IMG/VR virus record: IMGVR_UViG_3300032294_002797
Location: 1-64,000 of that record
Reading direction: 5' to 3' (one strand)
DNA: 64,000 nucleotides
Under the pieces are notes generated by a model. It had not been told where the DNA came from. It did not search any database and saw only the letters and a list, made by a program, of their open reading frames with translations. This document shows positions 56,901 through 64,000 of the stretch, piece after piece; position 1 is the first letter of the stretch; each line of letters begins with the position of its first letter. The position numbers were made by a program, and so were the translations under genes.

Positions 56901-59900
56901 AATTATCCAGAAATTCCCAAAATAGGCATTCGTGATGTGTCGGTATTAAAAAATAGAGATTTTGCTATATTTAATCCTGTAACTAATAATATGTCGACCT
57001 ATACTGATACTGATGCGCTTACAGTGAGAGTTAGGATCAGCGGAGGTACTCCTCCATTAAATAGCAATATTTCTATTAATACTCCTAAGATATTTATTAG
57101 CGGAGTAGCGGAATATAGTTTTCTATATTTTGATAGTTTATATGGATATACATCATCTGGCTGGAATATAGGCATCAATATCTATCCGTTTAAAAATACT
57201 GGGGTGTTTCCTATAGCGATTGGTGTCTTTGATGAAACTGGTTCAGATTATAGATATCTTAATTTGAGTATTACTGAAAGACCTATGATAGTACCTACCT
57301 ATCCTACTGGGTATGCATCAGTAACTTCTCCTTATTGGAAGCTATATTTTGATGTTAAAGGTATAGATTTAGGAGTTAATAATCCTAACGATCAAGGATT
57401 ATTCGTTTACGGATCACCCAATGATTTCAGTTATGATTTTGTAAGACATTCATCTTCTGAGCTAGAGCTTATAGGCTATCCAGCTGGTGGTGGATTTTCT
57501 ACTGGTATTTGGAATCCAATAGTTATTGTCAATGATTTTAATAGCGGTCAAATAATAGCTTCGGGTAGTGGTTCTTTACATATATTATCTAGCTTAAATG
57601 ATAGACCTCCATATACTCCACATATTAATAATTTAAATACTAACACATATATAAATTTAGCAAAAGATGAAAATATATCATTTCAGGTGCCGGTTTACGA
57701 AACGGATCAGCAACACTCTTCTATCACCACATCAGTAAATGGAGGAGTATATTTTGGAACAACACGAATCTTTGCTGGTTTTGATCCTGGCCTAAACAGA
57801 TTTAACATAGAATATGTGCCGACTAACACCGGAAATACATCGTATTTATCAGAAACAGCTTATGCTGCTGATAGACTGGTCAATTTCTCGGTATCTCAAC
57901 CTATATATACAAATGGCAATCCGAGTTGGACTACTTATACTTCAGAAAATTATTTGACTAATTTTACTTTTTTCAGACCATTGCTTATAGATACTACTTT
58001 TACCAATACAGTGCCCGAATTTGAAATTGATAAACCGTGGGTATACGAATTTGCTATAGTAGAGGGAGTTTGCAAACATAGGCCCAATCTACCTCCAAGA
58101 GTAACATTATTTAATACTCCTAATTTTGGCACTATAACACACAGATATTTATCTTATAGTTTGTCTTATAGATATGATAATATTAATAAACTGTGGATCG
58201 TAACAGCGCAAGGTAAGCCAGACATATATGGTAAATATGCTCCGTCTACCGGTATATATACTATGAATATTTTTGCTGATGATACATACGGGAGCTATAG
58301 TCGTTCTTCATTCAATATCAAGTACATTCCCACTAATTCTATACAATATATTTTTCCTAATTTATACAATACTCCTAACAATGAATTTTTTATTCAAGCT
58401 GATATCAAGGAGCCAAATAGTGGGGTATACCCGAATATTACATTTGATGGTGAAAATACTATCGATATGAACTATGCTAATATGTACAAAAAGTATAATA
58501 AAGATTTGAATATCTGGGAGGTAGCTGGAACAGGTAATAAATTTGTACAGAAATGGGATTCTAGAATTTTAATAGATAAGACATCTATTAATCCTTCTAT
58601 CACTCTTCAATGCAAAGGCATAGCTACAGATAAGATTACGGCTGTGGCAAAAGTTAATTTACTAGAATTACAAAATACTAATAGAGATATTGTTATTGAT
58701 CAAGCAAAATCAATAAAAATTAGTGGCATTAAAAATTATACCAATCCAGAATCTGGAATTATTATTAAACAAGGTGACGAGCCGTGGACACTGGAATTTG
58801 ATACTATTTTTGGTTTGGAGTCACCATTACATCCTCCTACTATTATTTTACAAAACACTCCAACTTTTTGCACAGGATATGACCCTCGTTTAGATCCCAA
58901 ATATAGCGATGTAATCGATCCGAATTTACAAAATCCATGCTTGTCTTCATCTAGTCCATCTTTCAATGATAATCTTAAAACTTGGCATTTTAAGTTTTCT
59001 GGAGTGCCGTCGTGCTCCTTGTTGGGATCATTACCATTCACGATTACTGCCATAGATACAAATTTGGTATTAGAAAATCCATATATAGAACCACCAGATA
59101 TTGTAGATACTTTATTTACTTATGTTCCTATAGATATTCCTCATCCTGATCCCGTTGTACAAGATAAAGAGGATCCTCAGGAGCAACTATTACTCAAGCC
59201 GCTGTGTGATACATTTTATTTTCGTAAATTAAAATTCGGCCCCAAAGCAAGAGAACAATGTCCACAGCCAACTGGTTTAACTGGGATAATTATTAGCGGC
59301 AGTTTACCATCTGGCTTAAGCTATACTATTAATTATCCATCTTATTTATTAGATAATCCTTTTAACGCTCCGCTATATAATAACTTACAGAGTGGAGAAG
59401 TTATTATCCAAGGATATCCTTTGTCTTTTGCTCCCAATGGTGCTGCATACGATGAAACTTTCGGCATTACAGTGGTAGACGCAAGAAATAATAGCGGATC
59501 TAAGGTTCTAACTTTTAATCAGACAGTTTCTATCAATGATCCTAACATTAGCATAGCAGTTTACTTCGATAGTGATAAGCCGGTATTTACACCATCTACC
59601 GGACTACAAATTTTACCACTACAGGGAACGTATAGATGGAAACCAGAGCCTATTGTTGATGAATTAGAATGTCGTAGTATATTACCTAATAATACATGTC
59701 CAACTAAGATTATCCCATATAGTGGACAAGAAGAACCAGACTCACTTCTATTTTTGCTGATGAATGAAACTAATAATTTTGGTATCCAGTCAGAAGATCT
59801 TGTGATAGGGAATGAAGTTTATATCAGAATAAATCAAGATGTCAGTAATTCGAATAATGGAAGATATTCTTTAAAGAAAACTACTTCGAGTTTTCCTGGA

Positions 59901-62018
59901 TCTCCAGTTCCATCTAATCTGTGGTATGTAAATACAAAAGAAGCTTTTCAACCCAGAACCGGATTAGTTGATATTGTAGTAGGAAATTATAAATTTGAAA
60001 ATATCAGTGACTTGAATAATTTATTTAATGGAGATATACAATATAATTTTGGATGCTTATTGGGTAATGGATCCATAGGAAACGATGGACTGAACAATAA
60101 GCTGGGCATTAAAGGATATCTAAGTCCCGGTTTTAGCGGATATCTGCCCACAAATGGAGCATGGAAGTCGAATGATGTTAGATTAACAGGTCTACGTTTT
60201 ATAAATATTGATTCTTCTAATACTAGAACCAATATAGCATATACTAATTGCTGGGAAACAGGATATTTAAGGATCAGCGGAGTTGTATTGCCGAGGCCGT
60301 ATGTGGAAATAACGGATCCTCCACCAGCGGCTAATAATAATTTTAGTTGGGATGGTTCGTCTTTTGCTTTAGATACTAGACTATCATTTGGTAATACTCA
60401 GCTGGAAAGAGGCATCGTAGAAAATCTGCGTAATGGAACAGCAAACTACTTATTGACCAATATGTATACCAATCAAACAGAATTATCCGGCTCTCAGTCG
60501 ATATCCCTGACTAGCCCAGTGGCTATCAATTTAACATCTGCTATTTTGGGTAATGCCGCTCGTGGCACAGGCACTGTATTTAAATTAGACATAGAATCAC
60601 CATCTAATTCTACTTTTCCAACCTTTAATGTTCAGGCTAGGCCGGGTGCTATCCCATCCACATATTTCTGGGTACATAAGGCTACCGCTACACCAGTTAC
60701 AAAACCTTCTCAATCATCATTACCTCCTATTATCCCTTGCATACCTGAATATATTAGTATAGTTAGTGGAGATATTATTAATAATATTAGTCCATCTATT
60801 TATGGCATAGATGGTTCTGCATACGGAGGATACATTCCTCACGATATTTGTTTTCCAGAGCCTCCTACCTGCTCTAATAACGAATTATATTATACTAGCG
60901 GAGGATCTCCATGGTTAGCTAAGAATTATCTTCCCATTATATCTGGCATTATACTAGAGTCTATAAATACTAAAAATAATTTTAAAACCACAGGTAGTTA
61001 CAACTCTTCGGCTCAAACTGTTTTAATTAGCAATATCAATAATGTATTATTAGAGGGAAATCTAATAAATATAACAATTACCAAAACAGAATGGAATAAC
61101 GAGATAACTGTCGTTGATTCATTTATAACAGAGCTATCTTCAACCAATATAGTCGGAAATAATGTTGTATTCTATAATAAAATTTATACTAATATAGGAC
61201 AGAGCGCTTTGATGATAGATATTAAATTTCTAAATCAAATTAAAGATATAGATACTATTAATAATTTAGTTACTGTTTATCATAATAATCTAAATCTATC
61301 AATTAATGATAATATAGCCATGAGTTCTGTTAGTGGATCTACATCATTAAATGCTATCGATTCTCCTGGAGTGCCCTATATTGCCGTCATAGATAATACA
61401 GGATTAATAATTAGCACTAATCTATATAATAATTTCAACATAGGCAATTATGTAAATATATACAAAATCATAGAAGATAATATTAAAATTATGCCAAATA
61501 ATATATCTTCAGATCAAGAAGGTGTTTATGATTTCAAAATCTCTGGAAGAGCCAATATTTTATATGGTAACTATTTTTATCGTATTATGACTAAAGAAAA
61601 TATAAATATGCCTATATTTAGTAATATTAGTACAAATATTGTTCCTAAAAAATATGAAAAAGACATTCCTATGGTGGTTAGTAAGCCATTAGAGATACTG
61701 TCGGCCTCTGTTACTTGGCCTTCAGCATCTAATAGTTGGACTGTTACCCTAGAGATAGATGGGGGCAGACTGCCAGCTCTGTCTGAAACTATTGATGTCA
61801 GAATAGACCTAGATGGTACTGAAAATTATGTTCGCTGTGGGTTTAGAAGATTTCCTATAAATAAAGATAAAGATATATTTAATCCGATAAATAATACTAC
61901 TATTATTACTTTATCTTCTATTCCTAATACGGTGGATTGGGGTAACCAATCAGCATTTCATATTAGGGTTTCCGATAGCACCGGCACAGATACCGTACTT
62001 ATATTGAAGGATACATGA
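47946..62018 (+). CDS. giant fibre/adhesin-like virion protein (4690 aa)
   Basis: Collagen GXY, two L(D/N)ADLLDxxHGSFY fibre motifs, YadA-like repeats, cadherin (FDYE) and dystroglycan-type CADG (LPRWLVFN...FSGTP) domains. Confidence 0.8.
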   Translation: MSIVSVQEQFQPSRYLVISNLSNSQEISTTRVLVSDLRTNTINLVTIEKGPVGDTGPQGPKGEPGKDGLIFNVLPITSGGTNNTNFDTNYLISYDGNKLVSSPYTVNDIVNLSNATNNSITGIIAGSGIQRTIGPNNTSILDVKIGDGLRISNSTIVVDDSVVRATGVNINQLIGTLPISKGGTSNSSYSVNRLIYYNGSSFSSFPLNTGNIVVSGSTINIVAGSGLIGGGLTTVPNGTVVLEIGPSSDILVEENSISLTPVGSPGTYTKITTDDKGRVISGSSLTIQDIIALLGYTPWHAGNDGESSGLDADLLDGRHGSFYQNANNLSGTLNLDRLPNLHSQSQVGTKFVINTKGLIEDVYLADSQDIISSLGYRPLNAESDDTKLGSLNIIGNLITSAGDVSLYDNLPLLGTNRPNILPSEPRGFTFNYGGSFTNKTGILAYYPTDNQLRLITNIFGSGSSIDANDINQDDINGGDAQSIYIIENLQGDTSTVLFREIADQLYISTNTSQTIYGFKRFLADLEVASQLRILGDNATPTRPPLSVGNNNLLVTNLNADLLDNAHGSFYRNAANITGSFSYNNVTFDHIQGENNFIPKFTDPREPSRQITASNILQRSNGDIEISNERNLIVGLDDNVTDSASINTLTVGENNFTSSENSISIGQHNILAGFNSATIGSRNMASGDNSIATNLGSTTRSDQSVAMGSYGITEVPNQFAFGAFRTVGSGNQILEHGQYSTVAAYLRGTETDGNWRSMTPIINLPKDKTIAFNIELLINKGLSSGVGHFLFESGIINNATYRNPLNITEILNSTTVPNSGTKIQVFNNSQLRRHYHFWNYTNPVRPESPTRVGQYINCLDAPNRELDISIRHLPTYHMYTPTQVHISGIFEKTFDGNLILDVSKPRYSGIFTQSFTSPHISIYSKNHGVVQDSEVDIEFVSSSKYFLPKKRYKALLSGQDSFFVSSPEWRGVKQTLNNETKIYIQNTSEYNKLFAFDFIASISNNIITLPIGTVNNAGYRIDQIAKNNMNIKLVQPYSNIAYNRIIQSISGNKLFINYPLYSDSPNPQQFTGDIRVILDNYSFFVYKECDSLYINSEFQNIKDAKATNTAQFFPDARFSFVNDGGSGTVINPQDALLYSNQNNSIEIAVDDIDQNGIFDLDDVTNVATNNNPFIFSISIPYNITNISDGSVVSVRPVFNNNTGTLNLYHRNTYNCSYSSTYSDLNKHSGCYIRWKDDSNYHRISIFDSGNKPVNFISNPPSFELSNGYLSDNNKFFNIQQSGNRYYLYTNTSFDYETNNIIPIRVKASSHKDNIAPNFEKILYIYIQNQQENPLVAKPIGNFNIYANDIFEYNVPSDTFSDSDHGELKYSAEIKGGHSLPRWLVFNSQTISFSGTPDICDIGAYSIDLIATDEDGLSITDNFIIEVADNPVSTMEVFAYDVSNILRTENIYLTQNHLEENAPPATLVGELRHIGGYNPYITFLTAENNFSGILNKNSDIVTKCKPILQHYIPASISGSPEFLSIYSDVSLKDNLNNTLGSGYKVKNVYKPTIFSGTPINNGKIIFDNTNFDYSVSTLFTNQLLPMRNVNPSFGSRMRIGSFNDYSATLTNGLLQEKRGSDIELILTENNEVINHNMNELLISYYIEEEDRFNDICSENEVDKLIYTNYHEYKNISWSTKNMYSWLFTESEDSNLVPENNVLQNLQSENISNLESISYPPTYTNIELLTENYENINDEAYFSLTDNIVDYVWYSDDPIKIYRQFHNNIDRSFIDNKSPNYPLNPLQQLYYSNDTIGLLQSNIDYTRDNNQLNYAHDYWYFDKELNNAVLYVDKLGSDDNAHFITEQRIYAGAYIDSAPYEYGLLITEDGHGIISNTKTHHGSRIELSDRYEILESINIFNDNGKIFLDSSIDSLLCENNDLVVHDYAISAKSGTAYILFPGKNNQIKINYPNRASLSANRIGHGQQGYYEDQLSLLPTSLKFTEPNFFYTWGKLIPYRLYTDEYAIRLDSAYSGISQNGKICYSGNIPDSGHYFPEIFQTYNFTTYTGICPIPSLSGGFNGFGIRENYNDNGEYVTGLVTFYTDVTSSKISISAINDEFNLDERNTDYLRIYNPVTSAYNPQLPRIDTYFDIDILSDKAFSVENLFLYPSIYNIVHSGNISVNLDRNHNRKSYSPKIVNRIPIVFDTVYNSNQNRLPKNNFFDIESISGNKIYVKDDRSYLLKESIYPDYFNHAVRASYLTNGCSFLGSLFHNNNKIYDIRPNLNLFDQVYNNATFEFDKNKKELAINLPTGLVKVFDNIELFNFAALSPYMIFDTSKVYHTGFTVLQQNMSIRNTDPTPEQDFILMERSLTVLAPDNIERLTFNSDIFSNSVSGTCSISSKLANRLATGYLLNYTDNISNQSGHQVLSIQNGYQLSGVIPRNHNILSSTGILLDDRLGFSSVISTGSPILLSGVKTHKIVDSDDIGYTEFYRINASGFPVHHLLSSGIYGKGTVSLPYKIFIDTSGSSTNTRMVELLYLGHNPNTLNFYGVLSTSGSMGDFSITQIKLADQLHIDYLNKLGVVSGVTPVIDTGTLGYDSNINWSIPVDRYDIIQLRIDPNNMPSGNNACYLYAYMQDPADPLPLKLDHPSLVNTGIAYFPSYKEINKSLFYILPTINTTVKYCNLNQPYNKNNNIFYNGNIIQLTRLDSIKSFLNKNDHIKLQKINDVNIIGGSHINKINNSNETTHITGISIDGKIAIPPNQYMYASKALLEDTNRHVDVFSTGINTRTPISGYIDFVGYNSGSFNLIDYNNLIVQSHGGSTARWPQDTDGHLVPPIFTGIYSVVDNGTSSCTSGRLCVSISGYKNTPISDYMLFDKYYYFDFIDGMPSSSNLYKIKDKLSYQKISIDIPYDTSLINNSGLVYIIDSHFNIKPHLDPNLNNAFIRNVATLSNVNNIDLLEHTIHAFDDSTKKWNHIFHLPQTLPAFSSYPISVSIGSALQSGNIVNYPEIPKIGIRDVSVLKNRDFAIFNPVTNNMSTYTDTDALTVRVRISGGTPPLNSNISINTPKIFISGVAEYSFLYFDSLYGYTSSGWNIGINIYPFKNTGVFPIAIGVFDETGSDYRYLNLSITERPMIVPTYPTGYASVTSPYWKLYFDVKGIDLGVNNPNDQGLFVYGSPNDFSYDFVRHSSSELELIGYPAGGGFSTGIWNPIVIVNDFNSGQIIASGSGSLHILSSLNDRPPYTPHINNLNTNTYINLAKDENISFQVPVYETDQQHSSITTSVNGGVYFGTTRIFAGFDPGLNRFNIEYVPTNTGNTSYLSETAYAADRLVNFSVSQPIYTNGNPSWTTYTSENYLTNFTFFRPLLIDTTFTNTVPEFEIDKPWVYEFAIVEGVCKHRPNLPPRVTLFNTPNFGTITHRYLSYSLSYRYDNINKLWIVTAQGKPDIYGKYAPSTGIYTMNIFADDTYGSYSRSSFNIKYIPTNSIQYIFPNLYNTPNNEFFIQADIKEPNSGVYPNITFDGENTIDMNYANMYKKYNKDLNIWEVAGTGNKFVQKWDSRILIDKTSINPSITLQCKGIATDKITAVAKVNLLELQNTNRDIVIDQAKSIKISGIKNYTNPESGIIIKQGDEPWTLEFDTIFGLESPLHPPTIILQNTPTFCTGYDPRLDPKYSDVIDPNLQNPCLSSSSPSFNDNLKTWHFKFSGVPSCSLLGSLPFTITAIDTNLVLENPYIEPPDIVDTLFTYVPIDIPHPDPVVQDKEDPQEQLLLKPLCDTFYFRKLKFGPKAREQCPQPTGLTGIIISGSLPSGLSYTINYPSYLLDNPFNAPLYNNLQSGEVIIQGYPLSFAPNGAAYDETFGITVVDARNNSGSKVLTFNQTVSINDPNISIAVYFDSDKPVFTPSTGLQILPLQGTYRWKPEPIVDELECRSILPNNTCPTKIIPYSGQEEPDSLLFLLMNETNNFGIQSEDLVIGNEVYIRINQDVSNSNNGRYSLKKTTSSFPGSPVPSNLWYVNTKEAFQPRTGLVDIVVGNYKFENISDLNNLFNGDIQYNFGCLLGNGSIGNDGLNNKLGIKGYLSPGFSGYLPTNGAWKSNDVRLTGLRFINIDSSNTRTNIAYTNCWETGYLRISGVVLPRPYVEITDPPPAANNNFSWDGSSFALDTRLSFGNTQLERGIVENLRNGTANYLLTNMYTNQTELSGSQSISLTSPVAINLTSAILGNAARGTGTVFKLDIESPSNSTFPTFNVQARPGAIPSTYFWVHKATATPVTKPSQSSLPPIIPCIPEYISIVSGDIINNISPSIYGIDGSAYGGYIPHDICFPEPPTCSNNELYYTSGGSPWLAKNYLPIISGIILESINTKNNFKTTGSYNSSAQTVLISNINNVLLEGNLINITITKTEWNNEITVVDSFITELSSTNIVGNNVVFYNKIYTNIGQSALMIDIKFLNQIKDIDTINNLVTVYHNNLNLSINDNIAMSSVSGSTSLNAIDSPGVPYIAVIDNTGLIISTNLYNNFNIGNYVNIYKIIEDNIKIMPNNISSDQEGVYDFKISGRANILYGNYFYRIMTKENINMPIFSNISTNIVPKKYEKDIPMVVSKPLEILSASVTWPSASNSWTVTLEIDGGRLPALSETIDVRIDLDGTENYVRCGFRRFPINKDKDIFNPINNTTIITLSSIPNTVDWGNQSAFHIRVSDSTGTDTVLILKDT

Positions 62019-62019
62019 T

Positions 62020-63186
62020 ATGCCTACTATCAATGTGATTACTCCAGAAAATAAATTACTCATTATCAATACTACAGAAAGCTCTGAAGATGTTCGTTCA
62101 TCCACAGTAAATATAAACGATAATTTTACTAGGACTATTGCTATTGTTGATATAGAAAGAGGTTTACAAGGACCACCAGGATCCGGCCTACCAGGTCCTC
62201 AAGGAGATAAGGGAGAGAAGGGAGACAAGGGTGATAGTATAGTTGGGCCTATTGGACCCATGGGACCACCTGGTTCCGGAATATCTGTGTTAAAATTGAC
62301 TGATTTTATTAATACAATTTCTTTAAGCGGAATATCTGATACATTACGAATAGCTGGTAATAATGGAACATCTATTGCTCTCGACAGTAATAGTAATACA
62401 TTGACTATTTCTTCACCAAATATAGTTGGGATCTATGCTCCTGTGAGTCATCAACACAATGTTGCTCAAATTACAAATTTTAACGAAGGAGTCGATGACA
62501 GAGTTTATAATCTTTTAGAAAGCGGAGATTATATATCATTATCTTATCATGATGATGATTTTAATAAACTACTAATAAGTGTTTCCGGATTAGATATTGG
62601 CACAGACGTACAAGCCCACTCTTCTGCTCTAGATTCTATATCTAGTTTGTCCATCTATTCCGGCGCTATGTTGTATGGAAATAGTAATACAGGCTTCAGA
62701 TTAATTACAGCTACTAGCCAAGCAGTAAAACTATTAAATGATGGTACGGCTCAAGAACAACGCAATACACTCGGCTTAGGCTCGTCCGCGATATATGACC
62801 AATCATATTTTGCAAAAATTAATGGCGGCAATAGTTTCACAGGAACTCAGTCTTTGGGCGACGGTGAACTAAATAGATTTTCTGCCAGTATTAATTATCA
62901 AACTACTAATAATTATATTGTCGAACAAAACGATAACGGTAAAATTATAGCACTAGACCACAATGATAGTTTTATTAATGTGAGTTTTTCAAATAATATT
63001 ACCAATGGATTTAATTGTCTGGTAGCCCAATTAGGGTCGGGGCAAGTGAGATTTTCCGGCACCATATTAAATAGATATAATCACACCAAACTAGTTGGAC
63101 AATACTCTATAGCTACTATTGTTAAAATTGCTACAGCTAAATTATTATTATCGGGAGATACAACAGCATTAAATAGTGGACCATAA
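62020..63186 (+). CDS. collagen-repeat tail-fibre-like protein
   Basis: GXY repeat, HQH...ITNF and IGTDVQAH motifs; N-terminus resembles that of the giant protein. Confidence 0.75.
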   Translation: MPTINVITPENKLLIINTTESSEDVRSSTVNINDNFTRTIAIVDIERGLQGPPGSGLPGPQGDKGEKGDKGDSIVGPIGPMGPPGSGISVLKLTDFINTISLSGISDTLRIAGNNGTSIALDSNSNTLTISSPNIVGIYAPVSHQHNVAQITNFNEGVDDRVYNLLESGDYISLSYHDDDFNKLLISVSGLDIGTDVQAHSSALDSISSLSIYSGAMLYGNSNTGFRLITATSQAVKLLNDGTAQEQRNTLGLGSSAIYDQSYFAKINGGNSFTGTQSLGDGELNRFSASINYQTTNNYIVEQNDNGKIIALDHNDSFINVSFSNNITNGFNCLVAQLGSGQVRFSGTILNRYNHTKLVGQYSIATIVKIATAKLLLSGDTTALNSGP

Positions 63187-63188
63187 TT

Positions 63189-64000
63189 ATGATTCTTCCT
63201 CCATTCTTTGGTTTTATCAATAAAAGAGACACCAGCGAGCTTGAACAGATATTGCTTTCGTATCTTTCTATCGATACTGTATCTTATACTATTCCAACAG
63301 AAAAAATTAATTTATCTTATCTTGCGGCTGATGTTATTTCATATAATAAAAAATCACCTATTATAAATTTAACATATGTCTCTAGCGATGTATTATCTTA
63401 TAATACTCTCAAGGAAGAAAATCGAATATCTTATATAGCAGCAGATGTCTTGGTATATAATTTACCCCCTACTCCTCCTGGTCTTATAGAATATATTTTT
63501 GCAAGAGACAAGGATTCATTAGGTATTTTTAAATGGCCAAAACCTTTTGATGGTAAATCACCCATTACAGACTATTTAGTAGAGTATAGTGACGATTCTG
63601 GAGCTTCTTGGAATACCTATTACGATGGCACTAGTACCAATACAGGATTAAATATTTCCATAACAAATAATGTTCCTTATCAAATTAGAGTAGCCGCAAT
63701 TAATAATATAGGAACCGGATTGTTTACTACTAGTGATATTATTATTCCATCTGGCGGAATAGATAATGATAATGATTTATTGTTCTTTGCAAATATGGAT
63801 CAAGCAGATAGAAATCAAATTGTGGATTATTCTTGTTTAATTAATCAAATTGATACAATAGAAAATGTCGAGCCAAATATATCAGATGGAAGCTGGTATT
63901 TTCCTGGAGATGTTTCATATAGTGACGAATCTTTTATTACTCAAACTTATCCTCATATGAGAGCATACGACCCGGATGGTTTATATAATACACTCTGGTC
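63189..64000 (+). CDS. fibronectin type III domain virion protein (partial)
   Basis: Four ~19-aa SYxxxDVxxY repeats, then WPKPFDGKSPITDYLVEYS...YQIRVAAIN; open to window edge. Confidence 0.8.
   Translation, partial: MILPPFFGFINKRDTSELEQILLSYLSIDTVSYTIPTEKINLSYLAADVISYNKKSPIINLTYVSSDVLSYNTLKEENRISYIAADVLVYNLPPTPPGLIEYIFARDKDSLGIFKWPKPFDGKSPITDYLVEYSDDSGASWNTYYDGTSTNTGLNISITNNVPYQIRVAAINNIGTGLFTTSDIIIPSGGIDNDNDLLFFANMDQADRNQIVDYSCLINQIDTIENVEPNISDGSWYFPGDVSYSDESFITQTYPHMRAYDPDGLYNTLW

Noticed and set aside
1-64000. Alternative genetic code
   Set aside because: Long genes are intact under code 11, all three stops are used, and no suppressor tRNA was seen

Overview
This is a segment of a large, AT-rich tailed dsDNA phage genome (Caudoviricetes). 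The host is uncertain; weak hints point to Planctomycetota/PVC. Bases 1-35.6 kb form a leftward (minus-strand) early/accessory region of about 90 mostly small genes. Recognisable ones include Hsp20, an LpxH-like phosphoesterase, ASCH, HAD, DUF932, PRTase-like, kinase-like, Gp88-like, bL12-like and DUF1281-like proteins, plus 9 tRNAs (including rare Ser-ACT and Ile-TAT). Four HNH-type endonuclease genes are inserted antisense. Bases 36-64 kb form a rightward late region: sigma-like factor, small-terminase-like protein, Gmd, HNH, ERCC4 nuclease, TerL, portal, protease/scaffold, decoration protein, major capsid protein, neck protein and a 4690-aa fibre/adhesin-like protein. The most notable signals are non-coding. 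(1) Seventeen copies of an exactly 82-bp element (two 29-bp TAA-N4-TT-N7-AA-N4-TTA palindromes, 53 bp apart) plus 5 single sites divide the early region into promoter-gene-element cassettes. (2) A second dispersed repeat has 7 copies. (3) A covarying kissing-loop RNA leader precedes two homologous endonuclease genes. (4) Several promoter-driven, ORF-free structured RNAs occur, one about 520 nt with a pseudoknot. (5) Two hubs of host-type regulator sites are present (sigma-54 promoters, phased enhancer-like boxes, an NrdR box). All calls were made by eye; no database searches were run.
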